From positions 2,542,001 to 2,606,000 of the forward strand of contig CM120641.1 of assembly GCA_051362555.1 (NCBI GenBank): a DNA stretch of 64,000 bases. The letters are read 5' to 3'. How positions within the stretch are numbered: position 1 is the first letter of the stretch; every line of letters begins with the position of its first letter. The notes under the pieces are model-generated. The model ran no database searches. It worked only from the letters and a program-made list of their open reading frames with translations, and was not told the origin of the DNA. Origin of the DNA: Lingula anatina (lineage: Eukaryota; Animalia; Brachiopoda). Position numbers and translations under genes: made by a program. This document shows positions 10,879-23,811 of this stretch, one piece after another.

Positions 10879-13800
10879 TTATAGTGTATAATTGTCATTT
10901 ATCTTTCCGGGTCCTGTTTTTTGTGTACACTGCAAAGGAAACGATAATAAACATAAATATCCTTATTACTTGATTTTGGTACATTCAGATTTATTTTAAG
11001 GTACAAATGAGCGAGCAAGATTTCATGTAAAAAACATAAATACTGGTATTTACTTTGATTAACCCTTTTAACTTCTTACTTCTCTGTCATTTAACAAGAT
11101 AGTTGGTATCAAGTAAATGAATGATCACTATTAGGTAATCTGCAAAGTGCATATTACCTAATATGCAAAGTGCATATTAGGTAATATGCACTTTGCAGAT
11201 AGATTATTTACCTTAATCATTCTCTTGTAGCACAGATGTCCAGCTGCAGATACCACCAAAACCATAACTACAGCAAATAGAACCACAGCAACGACAATAG
11301 TACCTGCAGAAATAATTCATGTATTGAAAATAAATACAACTTGTCCATTGGTACAACTGTTTAATACCAAATCTATATTCCAAAAGATGAGTTTTTTCTA
11401 AAGCAATTCATAATTAACTACCCTCATTCTTATGCGTGCAGGCTACAAAGGCTCGTATTGGCCAGGAAAGTAATAAAATGACAATATTTTGAAAGCATGG
11501 GCACTACAGTGTGCTATATCCCTGTTAGCGGTTAGAACATGCATTATAACAGAAAATGGGCAGTATACATGTTAACTTATGTTGTGATACATTTATTCAT
11601 TGTGTTTCAATAAAACTTTTATCAGCTAGCATGTAAACTGTCCATTTATCAAAAATAAAAATGAGCTTATTTATAATAATCTCTTCCAAGAGATCACAAG
11701 TAAAACTCCCAGACGCTTCATTTCTGTATTGCGTTTTAGGACTACATGCTAAGCTAAAAAAATATTGAACGTTGCATTAAAGAGCCATAGATAATACTAT
11801 AGACTAGTATGTGGTGAAATATCATTGAATTATAGGTGTATTTTGAGATATATGAAATCTATATATCAATACACATGTTAATCAGTAAACCTTATCCCTA
11901 TTTACCAATCAAACATACCTGTAGTCAGTTGAAAAAATCCATCCGTAATAGGGCACCAAGTAGAACCAATGCATCCTGTACGAGGTGTGGAAGTGAAGGA
12001 AGTGGGTAAAGAGGGGGGTGGGGATAAAGGTCCTGGACTTCCTTTCGTAGTATGGATGTAATTGGACATTCCATGAATAGTTACACGCAGCATATGGAAG
12101 GCACCTTTAGAGAAAAGAATGCATTGTCTTATTGTTACTATCATTATACCCCCTACCCCTAATTTATTTATGATGCACGAAACTTATTTATCTGAAATAA
12201 TTTTCAAAATCTTTTTTCTTTTATACCGGTTTTCCATTTAACCTCACAGAATCTCAGTGTAAACATGAATTAATGAACAAACAGAAATATCAGCAAACAC
12301 CTCGCCTACATTGTAGGTATGCAAAACCCCATAAAATGTTTTGTGACTTTTGTGTTACATCTCAAAAAAAATGAGAAGAAAAAAACCACAGAATACATAC
12401 CACTTTCAGCACCTAAAGTGTAAGGCCCATCTGTGATATTGATTAACCAAGTCCCTCTTGGATCCTCACCCCAAAAGTGCACACTTGTAACAACGATGTC
12501 CAAATAGTCTCTGTAATCGTAAGGCCGCCCAGGAAGAAGAAGAGATTCAGTGCCAGCAGGGGATTGAAGAGTCATAAGCATTTGGCCTGAACTTTTGTAA
12601 GCCACTGCGAAATCAACCTCCACATGCTCAACAAAGCTTATTCCACACGAAGAGGTACCAATATTGTGATTAATTCTCAAAATTCCGGGAACTGCAATAC
12701 GGCTGAAAACAAATTAATAAACCTAAACATAAACTTATCAGTTTTAGTCTGTGCACGCCCTTAAAAACGCCACTACTCGTACATGTACATGTATACATGA
12801 TGGCCTAGGCCCAATTCATGAACGTCTTTTAATTAAAATTAATTTGAATTAGTGGCATTTACACTGTTTCATATTCAAAGGTATTCCAAAATATTTAATT
12901 CCTCCTATATCAATCAAGATAAGACATGCTTTCGTCCCACATCATAAAGTCCCCCATTACCATATGTTAACATAGCAAATCCTTAGCACTGTAATCGTTA
13001 CATAAAGTGCATTGAAATATGAAATACATAAAATATTTAAATGTATGAACAGCTTGGTCAATTTCAGAAAGAGTTATATTTCTGAAAAGTGAGCCGTTTT
13101 AAATTCCTCAGGTGATCTTACTTAGAAAATAGTAGAGAAAATATATCATATGTTTATTCGGAATGGATCTTTTCCCGAAACCACCTGCCTTTTACGTGTA
13201 CAGTTCATTTAATCAACAGTGATTCCAAAATACATGTAGCACCCAAGTCCAGAGACATCATTTCACTTGCCAAAGCAAATTACTAACGTACCTTGTATTA
13301 TCTACATCAAATATCACACAGTGCTCTACATTCGGTACATTTTCCCAATGTATTGCTGTACTGACAAGTTTCCCGACGTCTAATAGTCCGAAACCGTATG
13401 CCCTGGAAACTGATGAAGATAAAAATTTATATGTCACTTCTTGTTTTAAATGTTAAAACATTTTAAAAAATGACTCATCTTAATGGTGAAACGTGTGTAG
13501 CACTCATACATGTTATAAACTACGTTTCACATATTACGTATATATAAGAAATTCATTTCTTAACATTATTCAACTTTCACCGAATGTTGTGTTTGTTTAT
13601 GCCTTATATTCAGGCATATAAAATAAATAGATGAAAGAACTGCAGACAGGCGACGTGATTTGATACGTATAAGTCATGTTTATTGCACATGCATAGAGAC
13701 TGAAAACAGTATCGGCTACTTCGTAATTGTATTTCATAAAAATAAGAACATACTTCTGAACCCTGCGCCATTGGTGAAAAAGTCATTCGGCTTGAAAGCC

Positions 13801-16800
13801 ACGTCACTGTTTGATGTTCTTGTTAAGAGGTGCATGATATCCCTATATGACAACCTTGAGCTGAAATTGCAATAAGATACAGCGTGGCCCTTTGATCTCG
13901 ATATCATGTGGACAGACTAGATACACAATGTTAAAACTGACAATGCTGGTGCATACACATTACTGACATTTACACCGATATTGCCGTTACAGATAACAAA
14001 AATACCCAATGGGACCCTCGGTTAACCATTTATGAAGTGCATTATCATAATATGATATAACATACTTGGCTTGGAGGGCGAGGGCTATAGCCCCGGACAC
14101 CATTGGTACTGCAGCTGATACTCGACCAAATGTAGTTGTACAACTTCCATGTGCATCAAATGTGACCTGGAAATTTTATAGTACACATACCTAATGTAAT
14201 GCAAAATTGACAACATTATCAATGGTGGCTGATCCGGGCGCTATTGCCATTACATTTTTATCGAAGTTTATTTATTTTGTGTTCAATCAACATTTAGGTC
14301 TACATGTATAAAGAGCAGATGTCTGCAAAAATCAATTTTTATGGCAACTGCTCAAAAATAGATTTCCTTCTTTTTTGATCTGTAACAGACCTTGCATCTC
14401 AAACCACCCTCTCAAAATGCTAGTTACGATGGTTACAAGTTAAACGTGATTTGGGGACAAATCGAGAGAGAGCTGGAAACCATGCAATTGGCAGATTTTG
14501 TAGCCTTTTTTACAACATGAAATCACTGATTTTAAAAACTGGTTCAACAGTTCATAAAGTAAGTTTTGTTTAGTTCCAAATTGTCAATCAAAAGTTCGTT
14601 GTCCAATTTGCAGTCTCAAACGAATTAAAAAAAAGTTACTTGTACATTTTTTTATTTTTGAAAACGTTTAACGTACATTTTGTCCAACTTTTAAACGTTT
14701 ACAACCAGTAGATCCGCAGACTAACTAGTCAAATATGGCGCTGCCAACTTGAAAGCATTCCGAGCTTTAATTGCTCTTTCCTTGCTCGGACGGCGCCCTT
14801 GGGAGACGGGAATTCATTTTCAAGTGCGCGCCATATTTCAATTTTTATTTGATCCACGGAACAGTTAGCCCGAGAATCAATCGGTTATGAACACGGATTA
14901 AAGGTTCTGGAGAGGCACTATTCCTATGCTTCAAACTTGTATGTGGTGCATGTGGAAACAAACCTGCGGCCATATGTCAGTGGTTTATCCTTTAAAGTAG
15001 GATAGTTTACATTTTATCAAAAAATATGAAAATCCCTTCATATGTTTTAACCCAATCAAAATTACATATTAAATATTGCCATTGACCATGAGACGATGGC
15101 TTGTAAAATCAGCATACGTGTTTCTTCATTTCAGGACTCATGCTTTAGTCAGGATAAACAATTTCACTTTTCAATTTCACATCATGAGTAGGGTAGAATG
15201 AATGAGTTGATTCATTTATCGATATAATTGAATAAGCCTACAGATAAAACTGTTTGGATGATTTGATTGATTGAACGTACTTTCCATATATTGCACTTAT
15301 TATGCAAAGGTTAATTTTCACCATGATAACCAAAATGACATTGTTCTTATGATCAGGTTATTGGTAAAGGAACATGAGGTATGATGATGCTTACAATCTT
15401 TTTAGTTGTCTCTGATGAACTTGTAAAAGCTGACACCAGTATTGATGGACATAGCTCCGCGTCCGGAAGTCTTGTCAGACCATGGAGTACACCTTAATGT
15501 ATGAAAAAATTGCATTTCATATAATCTGACCAATAAAACTCTTAAATCTTCTACAATTACGAGCCATTGCAAGCCGCAATTTTAATTGCATCTGTACTTA
15601 AAAGCACTTCTTAATTAACACTAACCTAACAAGTACCAACTATCATTAACTGGGTGAGCTTCTTATGTACGGTTTTTAATTAAATACAACACAACCATTA
15701 AAAATATAACGCTGCACATTCTTCCTAAAATATAGAGGGGGAAGATTCTTAGATTTACATGTACATGTAGATGTTTAGATGTAGGGCGTGATTAAACAGC
15801 ATCAGACTCGTAAAAGAGGAAAACTGGCTATTTTGATATCGTCAAACATGTATGATTTTCAAGGACATTTTTAGTCCTTGAAAAAATTATGGTTATATTG
15901 CTGATGACGGTTTCCAGAATTATCCTTTTTCCTGGGGTAGTTTCCTATTTTTTTCAATGGCAAATACAGGTAGGTGCTGTGCAATGAAATTATAGGACGG
16001 TTCTACCGATTTTCTTAAAAGCCCTACGTTTAGATTTCATCACATAACTTTGAGTGCTTAATGGGCCTTTGTAAACAAGGCCACCTAACTCGTTTTAAAG
16101 ACTTTATCAAAATCTGTAGCATTGGATTGTGTTCGGAAATTTTTCAATAACTACATCGATATTGGTTTATTTATCTACAACGGTCATGGATTTATACACC
16201 AAATCAATTGCTATCTAAGTCCAATTAGGATTTTTGAGGCAAGGTCGAAAACAAAAAGAACAGTCTGATGTATAAATAAAGAATGAAAGATAGAACTCAA
16301 AATATTTAGGGTATTAAACCTTAAAAGTTGCTATTGGTTGACGATATATGTCATTCAAATGAAAATTTACTAAATACTCCATACATGTTTAATCATGTGA
16401 TCCCTCCTACATTATTGTAGTTTTTATTTAAAAAAAGCACTTACTGTGATAAATTTGAAAAGCCTCTTCAAAATTGATGAATACATCAAGTAGTTTTGTA
16501 ACTAATTACTTACCGGTGACAACGATGGCATATATGGTGTTGGCATACATATCATAGGAGCAACTATCCAGAATTTCTGCACTATTACCGCTGCCCCACA
16601 CGTACAAAGCCCCTTTCTTATGGCGGCCCTTTACAAGATTAGAAATTCATGACTGTATTCAAATGTACTTTTATATCCTTTAACAGATATTACTTTTTGC
16701 ATATTTATCTCTAAAACAGTCATTCTTTGCTAGTGGTGCACTGCGGGGGGACCATAACAAGAATGTTATTTAAATTTAGATAGCCGACCAAATTCTCATG

Positions 16801-19800
16801 ACATCGTTGTGTATGTTTCAATAACAAATCAAAGAAGCTGCATGAGCAAGGAGGATATTGTTATAAAAGCAAAAGAAGAGAAAAAGCAGAAAATATATCG
16901 AAATTACCCTCAAAATGGCGTCTTTTTTTGTGGAATTTCGACCCTACCTCTATTTAGGAACAGTTTGTTTAGGGTTTGAATGAGTTATTGAAGCAGGGAA
17001 TACGCCTACTGCAAGAAGATATAATAAACAGAATGTGCAAATGGTTATTTAAATAAAAATTTATTTGAAGTCACTGAAAAATGATCACAAAATTAGCTTA
17101 ACTTACGATACATGCGGTGTCCCACCCCGATGAAAATTTCATCTAATCCTATCTTTCCGTATTAAAACTGTTCAATCGTCCAAAGTGGTATTTCGGTTAG
17201 TTTGTGTCACGAAATCCATGATATAATCAGTTTTCTTAAGAATTTCACATTTATTGCTCAGCAAGGTCGATTTTTCTTCACCGCGTCCCAATATAACGTT
17301 CGCAACGCTGCAACTTCAGAGATCGATTCTTATCAGACGACTTTAAAATGCCGCGTGAAAATTATACATCGATAGCGATCTTCTTCCATACTCACTAACT
17401 GATGACGTCTACACACGAATGGCTTCTTTTACACACTAAAAAAACCAGCTCAAACTGGCGGGTGGCCCATTCTGATAACATGGCACGCAATGACGCTGTC
17501 GAGATAGGATGCAGGGCACAGGTGTAATTCCCTCGATTTAACCGTCACAGTATTGTTTATTGGGATCTTCTTTGTATGAAGGTGAGAAATAATGAGTTTC
17601 GTTTCATTTTTCTTCAATTGTTTCAACATATTTGTGTACCGATTGATTTTTACCATTCTATAAGTAGGGTGACTTCGTCTGAACTTTCGTTTTGCGTCTG
17701 TTTCACATGGGGGACTAAAGGTCATATTGAACATGGTGACGCGGTGATACCGTATTCATGTTCTCTTGTTCTCGAAAACTCAATCATCGAAATTGAATTA
17801 CTTTTTTTTAGTTTTGTCTTAAATTAAGCTGCTACACTGTATTCCGTGCGTTTAAAATTTAACCGTCTGTAAAAACAGCAATAATGGATTACTAGCAACA
17901 CTTACGTTACGCAATGAAGCACCGAAAATGGGTGAAGAAAATGTGTCTCAGTAATGCGTGTTTGCCACTCATAATGCACTGTACTTTGTTTGAATAAGCA
18001 ATAAACTATTTGTGATCTTAGGTTATCCATTGTTCGTTATCAGAGTTAACAGATTCTTTGTGTGATTTTTTTTCAGAATCCCAAGAGTGGATGCCTTAGT
18101 GAGCACAGAACAGATATCACCATTGGTCTACATATGTCAGGAAGAATGTTATAATTATGAACTTTGTGTTACACTGAACTTCATTTTGTTAAGTTTTGTA
18201 TTTAACTGAACTTTATTGTGTTAAAATAATAATAAAAAAATAATAGTTCTGATAAAAAACTACAATCTGGAACATTCTTTAGATCAACTTTGTTCAGTGT
18301 GTCCCATATGACAGAGTTACAGTAAATAAAATATGTGCATTATTCCTCTGTGTTTGTCAATTCCATTTTAAAAGCATGTGAAAGTGGTGTGCCCCTCATG
18401 AATGAAGTGTGTATGGATAATAGCAAAAATATTGTTATTATTTACATGATTATAAAAAGTTTTTGTACCCGCGTCAATAACGTTACCGTGACCCACATAT
18501 TCACCATTTTTATTAATTATGAAATGTGGATTAAATTCTTCAAAACCAGTTTTGAAGCATTGAGACAACACCCCCTTATGATTTAAACTAAAACTGAAAA
18601 CATTCCATTAGACTTTCATTAGTTTGTGCAAAATATATTACCCAGGGTAACGCGTCTTGGATTTGGTGGGTATAGCTGTTCAACTCTCCTGTGTGCCCTA
18701 AAAAGGGCAGCTGCTGTTTCCCTTTTTATGAAATGATAAACTGTGATGGTGTAGCTATCACATCGCAAAATTACAGCTTCCCAGAGAAAGTTTGAAATTT
18801 TCGGTCAAATTCAACATTTTGTAACCACTAGCAAAGAATGACAGAAAAGGAAATTTTTTTATTCATGGTTATGCCGCACTGTAAATTATTCTACGGTTAT
18901 GGGGTATGCCTAACTGAAAAGACAAAAATCACTCCCATTAAAAGAAGTACTGAGATTCACTTTTTCTGTTGAAAGTACAATCGTTAATGCTAGAAGCAAT
19001 CACAAATACATGTACACTCTCTCTTTTATTGTCTCATAAGTATAGCGTCCACAACTAAACAATGATGTGCTACCAGTCAATGGTGCTTTGCAGCTACACG
19101 TAGCTACACTACCAATATATTTGTAGATATCAGTTAGCACGGATAAGTTGTTTAATCAAATCTTACTGTTAAGTACTTAGGAGCTGGCATATTTACCTCT
19201 CTCACACCATGACTTAGAGCCCTTTTAATAATCTCTGGGAGTCTGTTGGCTATAGTACCGCTTCCTGACGATACCCAGCTATTGCTAAATATCGAGATTG
19301 AATCTAGTTCATGCACGAGGGCTTGTGCAATCTCGTCAGCCTTTAACGTGCGCTGTGCAGAATCACTTAAAAGCTGGATATCTGGAATCCATGGACAGCG
19401 AACTTAAATTACATTATTTTTTAAGCTGTAAGACTTAAAATATCCATGATGTTACTTTTTTCTTAAGAAATATGATATTTTGATTTAAAAGATTTGATAT
19501 CACCGTTTTAAGGGCGTTAGCAAGACAGGCAGACATAAATAAGCAAACTTGAGGAAGTTGTGAAAACTATTTTGTTTAATACCTATAACACAACATGCAT
19601 TCTTCAAAACTAGTGGTTTACAGATAACAATTATGGTAACGAATAACTGCAAAGCAAACAGGGCTCTGTGTTTATAATACTGCCATCTTCTTATATATGA
19701 AGTACCGTCATTGCTCCAAGTAAAGTGCGTTTGTGTATGCGTTAGTTAGAACACCTAGTATGCCATAAATATGCTATAAATTAAAAAAAAAACTGAGGTA

Positions 19801-21871
19801 TAAACACACTAAGGGTCGTTTAATTTTTAAAAACTTGCCGACATCTCAAACATAGACATACCTGCAATTTTAGCATCTGGTGCCACTCCTATTCCACATA
19901 TTTTATTGATTTTTCCACTTAAGACTCCAGCAACTTTGGTTCCATGATCTCTAATAAACAAGAAAAGGCACAAGCATTAAATGAACTGAGCATTCCATGT
20001 ACAGGGACCTCGCTGAATCATACTGTAAAATAACAATAAGGTTGACTGATAATTTACTGTTACATGGGAAAAGGCTACAACTTTAAAATAGAAGCGCATA
20101 GTGCTAGGCCCATTCAGATGGTGCACTTATCATTTAAAATAAATAACCTTTATTAAAATTTACCTTCTGCTTGGGGTACTATTTAAAAACGAGACGCTAA
20201 GACTTCTAACCTGTAAATATTTTAGAACACATCTGAAAACATACACACAATACTTCACGCAACTCCAACAGCCTGTTAAACTAGGAATTAAAACATAAAA
20301 CATAAAAGGAAAACATATTGCATGTGTATTACATGAAAAAGTGTAATTTTAATCCATAAAATTTTATCTTATATCTGAACCATTATTTTAAACAATAAAT
20401 TAATTATAGCTCTCCCTTACAACATTCACATCTGGATTATCCACGATCCCGCTGTCAACAACGCCAATAACAATACCTTCGCCAGTAAAACATTTTGACC
20501 AAGAAGCCATTACATTCAGATCATAGTCATTTTTATCTGAATTGTTCTGCAAATAACCAATAGAGGTAATAGAATATTAAAAAGTGACATATATGTAAGG
20601 TAAAGTATGTGTTATTTTGTGAACAAGTTCTTCTTTTAAAACTGATATTTCATTGAATCCTTACGGTTTGCTAAGCAATTATTGTAAAAATGTGTCCATG
20701 TGTGCTTACCAGATACCACTGATCAGGCCACAGTGGGTCGCGTAGAGAGATCACAGAGCAGTTCGAATGCGTGGTAGATGGGGAAGAGGCAAGGAGTTCA
20801 AGTTCAGGCATGTGTGTTTGTTTTTCTGCCCATCGTATCTAAAGATGCATTAGAATAAATTAATCGCATTATTTTGATTATATTTACATTCACAGGAACT
20901 CAGGTATGTTCCAGTTTTGAAAAAAAAATCACGTATGCGTACATTAAAAGACTTAACAGTGACCAAATATCATGCTGTGTTATCAAGAAAGTCATATTAA
21001 GCACATTCTATTTTATAATCAGGTTGATTTAGATAAAAATGCTTACTTACTGGACACAAACACTGTACATCACATAAACCCTGACACCATACCAACATAC
21101 CCTAAGATCACTGAGTATTCTCTGTTGCAGTAGTGTGTCTGACTTTCCATTCCCGAAGTCAATGCGAAAATGGTTCCCAAACATCTGAAATATAATTCAT
21201 CACCTAAGTAATTATAATGTAGAATAATTATCCATTTTCGATTTTCGTGATGTCAGTATTTTTTCGAATTGATTGGCCCAAGTCGGTCTTTTGAACGGTG
21301 ACATATAACATATATTAAACCACTGTATGTCGGAACACATGTAATACTAATAAAGGTAAAGAGTAAAAGACGTTGATAATTACTTGTGGTACAAGACGTA
21401 TACTGACTGTGCGCAGCATATTTAAAAGCTTATAATTACTATATTTTTGTTGATTTAACAAAACACCTTATTACCACTTTTTGAAGTAGAACCATTCTTA
21501 TTTGCTACTTTTTTCAATACCAAAAGATCAGATCACAGTTATGTACTCTGTGTATTAAAATACTGTAAGCGGCCTAGAATAATCAAAGCAAAACCAAATC
21601 CCGTGTGCTTACAAGTATAAAAAAATCGTGATTTGGTTTATAAAAATATCTGTTGACTAAACACTTCAAAATGTACCTTTCTAACACTTTTTAACTTCAT
21701 CTCCTTTGCTAGAAGAGGAATATGACTTTCATTATGTAGTTCAATCACCCATCTGGATGTCCCCACTTTGCTGTAAAATAAGTGCAATCTCGTGGACAGT
21801 ACATGGATGACAGATATCAAAAATATAAAAATATAAAACAGAATTAGACAAAAATTTCCTTGATATAGGCC

Positions 21872-21918
<47 letters not shown>

Positions 21919-22196
21919 GAAAATCAATACACAGAACCATATATAAATATATATTGAAAGTAAAAGTGTTTTTCCTGTATGAGTATATATATATATATAT
22001 ATATATATAATAAAAAGAAAAAAAGAGCAGCAGCTATTTTGCCCCGACAGGTTACATTGCATCTTCAGGTGGTTATATATATATATATATATATATCTTA
22101 AAAAAGAAAAATTCCTTACCTTTGAAAAGTGTTTAAAGGGTGTGTTTGTAAAGAATTAAACAGAAATGTCCACAAAATCCAGTGCAAGTTCCCCAT
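10879..22196 (-). CDS. Divergent furin/kexin-like proprotein convertase (subtilisin S8B): signal peptide, pro-domain, catalytic domain, P domain, S/T/P stalk, TM helix, short tail; about 666 aa, 17 exons
   Basis: Phase-consistent GT-AG exons: 22120-22196, 21677-21770, 21101-21184, 20710-20838 (DPLWPDQWYL), 20421-20546 (TGEGIVIGVVDSG), 20164-20210, 19862-19950 (DHGTKVAG), 19197-19381 (IFSNSW), 16514-16628 (YVWGSGN), 15395-15492, 14066-14166 (FGRVSAAVPMVSGAIALALQAN), 13754-13860 (LSYRDIMHL), 13292-13409 (YGFGLLD), 12401-12702 (P domain EHVEV..SPAGT..HFWGEDPRGTW), 11919-12104, 11212-11303 (TM), 10879-10929. The last exon is less certain but has AATAAA just downstream. Confidence 0.88.
11138..11200. 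repeat. Perfect 30-bp inverted repeat with 3-nt loop
   Basis: ATCTGCAAAGTGCATATTACCTAATATGCA-AAG-TGCATATTAGGTAATATGCACTTTGCAGAT. Confidence 0.9.
16717..18844. mobile_element. Non-autonomous TIR element (about 2.1 kb) in convertase intron
   Basis: 21-bp TIRs C(A/T)GTCATTCTTTGCTAGTGGT, flanked by AAAA on both sides (possible 4-bp TSD). No recognisable transposase. Confidence 0.6.
21873..21917. repeat. (ATT)n microsatellite; (TA)n runs nearby at about 21984-22008 and 22074-22096
   Basis: Direct reading. It explains the poly-Ile ORF 21638-21940. Confidence 0.95.
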
Positions 22197-22322
22197 TCTG
22201 CAAAACAACAAAGAACACTAAAAATGTGCCAAAACACATATCTTTCTGAAGCATATTTATACATGAAACACCTGACTGTAGCAAACGCAACTTTTATATG
22301 CTATGTGGCATAAATATGTATG

Positions 22323-22802
22323 CAGGGTCGTAGCCTCGGGGGGGGGGGGGGGGGGGGGCAGGGGGTGCAGGGGGGGTAGCTGCCCCCCCCCCCCCCCCTG
22401 GGATGTGAGGTGCAAAAGAATGATCGCAAAGGTAAAAAAAATTGCAAAGTTGGTATCACTTCTGTGAGAAAATGCACTCATGGCCACTAGACAATCATGC
22501 AGCAATCTGTTTACAAAGGTGTACTGTTGTTAGCCAACTCAGTTCATGCCAAAAAGCTCACCCTCCCTTAGGGAGCTATGCCCCAGGCTGTTATCAGGTT
22601 ATTGTTAACCCACACTTTCTGACTTCTGATTGAGCACTAAATAACAGTTAAAATGCACCAGAATGCAGTATTATACATAGAGTTTTAAAAAATTTTCCAC
22701 ACCGTGGGAGGACACCCCCTCCCACACTCTCGCCCCTCGGGGGCTTCGCCCCCTCATGTCCGCTTACTGCCCCCCTGGCATTTTGCTCAGGCTACGGCCT
22801 TG
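22323..22802. mobile_element. hAT-like MITE about 130 bp upstream of the convertase ATG
   Basis: Termini CAGGGTCGTAGCCT and AGGCTACGGCCTTG, G/C runs inside, imperfect 5-bp flanks GTATG/CTATG. Confidence 0.65.
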
Positions 22803-23654
22803 CTATGCCTGCCACACAGCATACAAAAGTCACTGTTTTTAACATGGGTCACTGTTTTGGGAATAAAAGAAATCCTTACAACCAAATTTTGTATCGACAT
22901 GTTATTTTTGACCTTTATAACTTAAACAATGAGTATTTGTGCAAGCGACAGACGACTTGGCTAAAAGAATCCTTGCAGCATCCCTTCAGAAATGTCAGTT
23001 CAATGGGGGAATCATGGGCATTAGAATTTATTTGTTATATATTCCATTATAATGCACTTAATACGTTTCAATGCACTTAAAAGGTTGATATTGTAAAATT
23101 TTAAGAATAACAATACTAAAATTATGCAAAGTCCGTTTTAAAGTTTAAATACATTTATCGTAAAAATTTTTAAAAATGCATTTTTAGGGAATCTAAAATT
23201 GTCCTATTTCAGTTCTATTATAAAAGGGCAGTTTGCTCTTTAATTTTCAGACGTGACGTAGTGATTGAGTGATTTTGGATATTGTGTCAGTGGTGGGAAA
23301 TAAACAAACGGGGATTCAAATAAACTTGAAATTGAAGGGTGTTCTGCAGTTTGCAGAAACAGAAAATATGGTGTTATGATAAATATCCAAGATTTACATA
23401 AACATGTTATGAAATAATAGAAAAGTGACATCCTCTTTTTAAAGTTATTTTTGAAAGAGTGATATTGTATCATGATACTGAAAAATTTATGTGTAGGAAC
23501 TATAAATTAGGCCGACCGGACAAATTCATACAAAGGTGGAATATGCCTACCCAGCCTATACAAGAAAAATAACAAAGAGGGAAATAATTTTCAACACTGA
23601 TATGTTGTAAAGTAATTAAACCAAATGAAAGAGAATGACAGCGATCGCATCCAG

Positions 23655-23811
23655 AACAGCGGAGTAACAGATTCGCGGATCATATATATATAGCGACCCG
23701 CTTACAAAGCTTGCTGCTATAATTCTCGAATAGATTCCCCCACAGGGAATACGCAACAAGCATTCAAGTGGGTAGGCCATATCTGATCCGCGGATATGTT
23801 AGTCCGCTGTT
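23655..23811. repeat. Small inverted-repeat element (MITE-like)
   Basis: AACAGCGGAGTAACAGATTCGCGGATCA pairs with TGATCCGCGGATATGTTAGTCCGCTGTT. Related motifs occur near 14710-14880. Confidence 0.5.
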
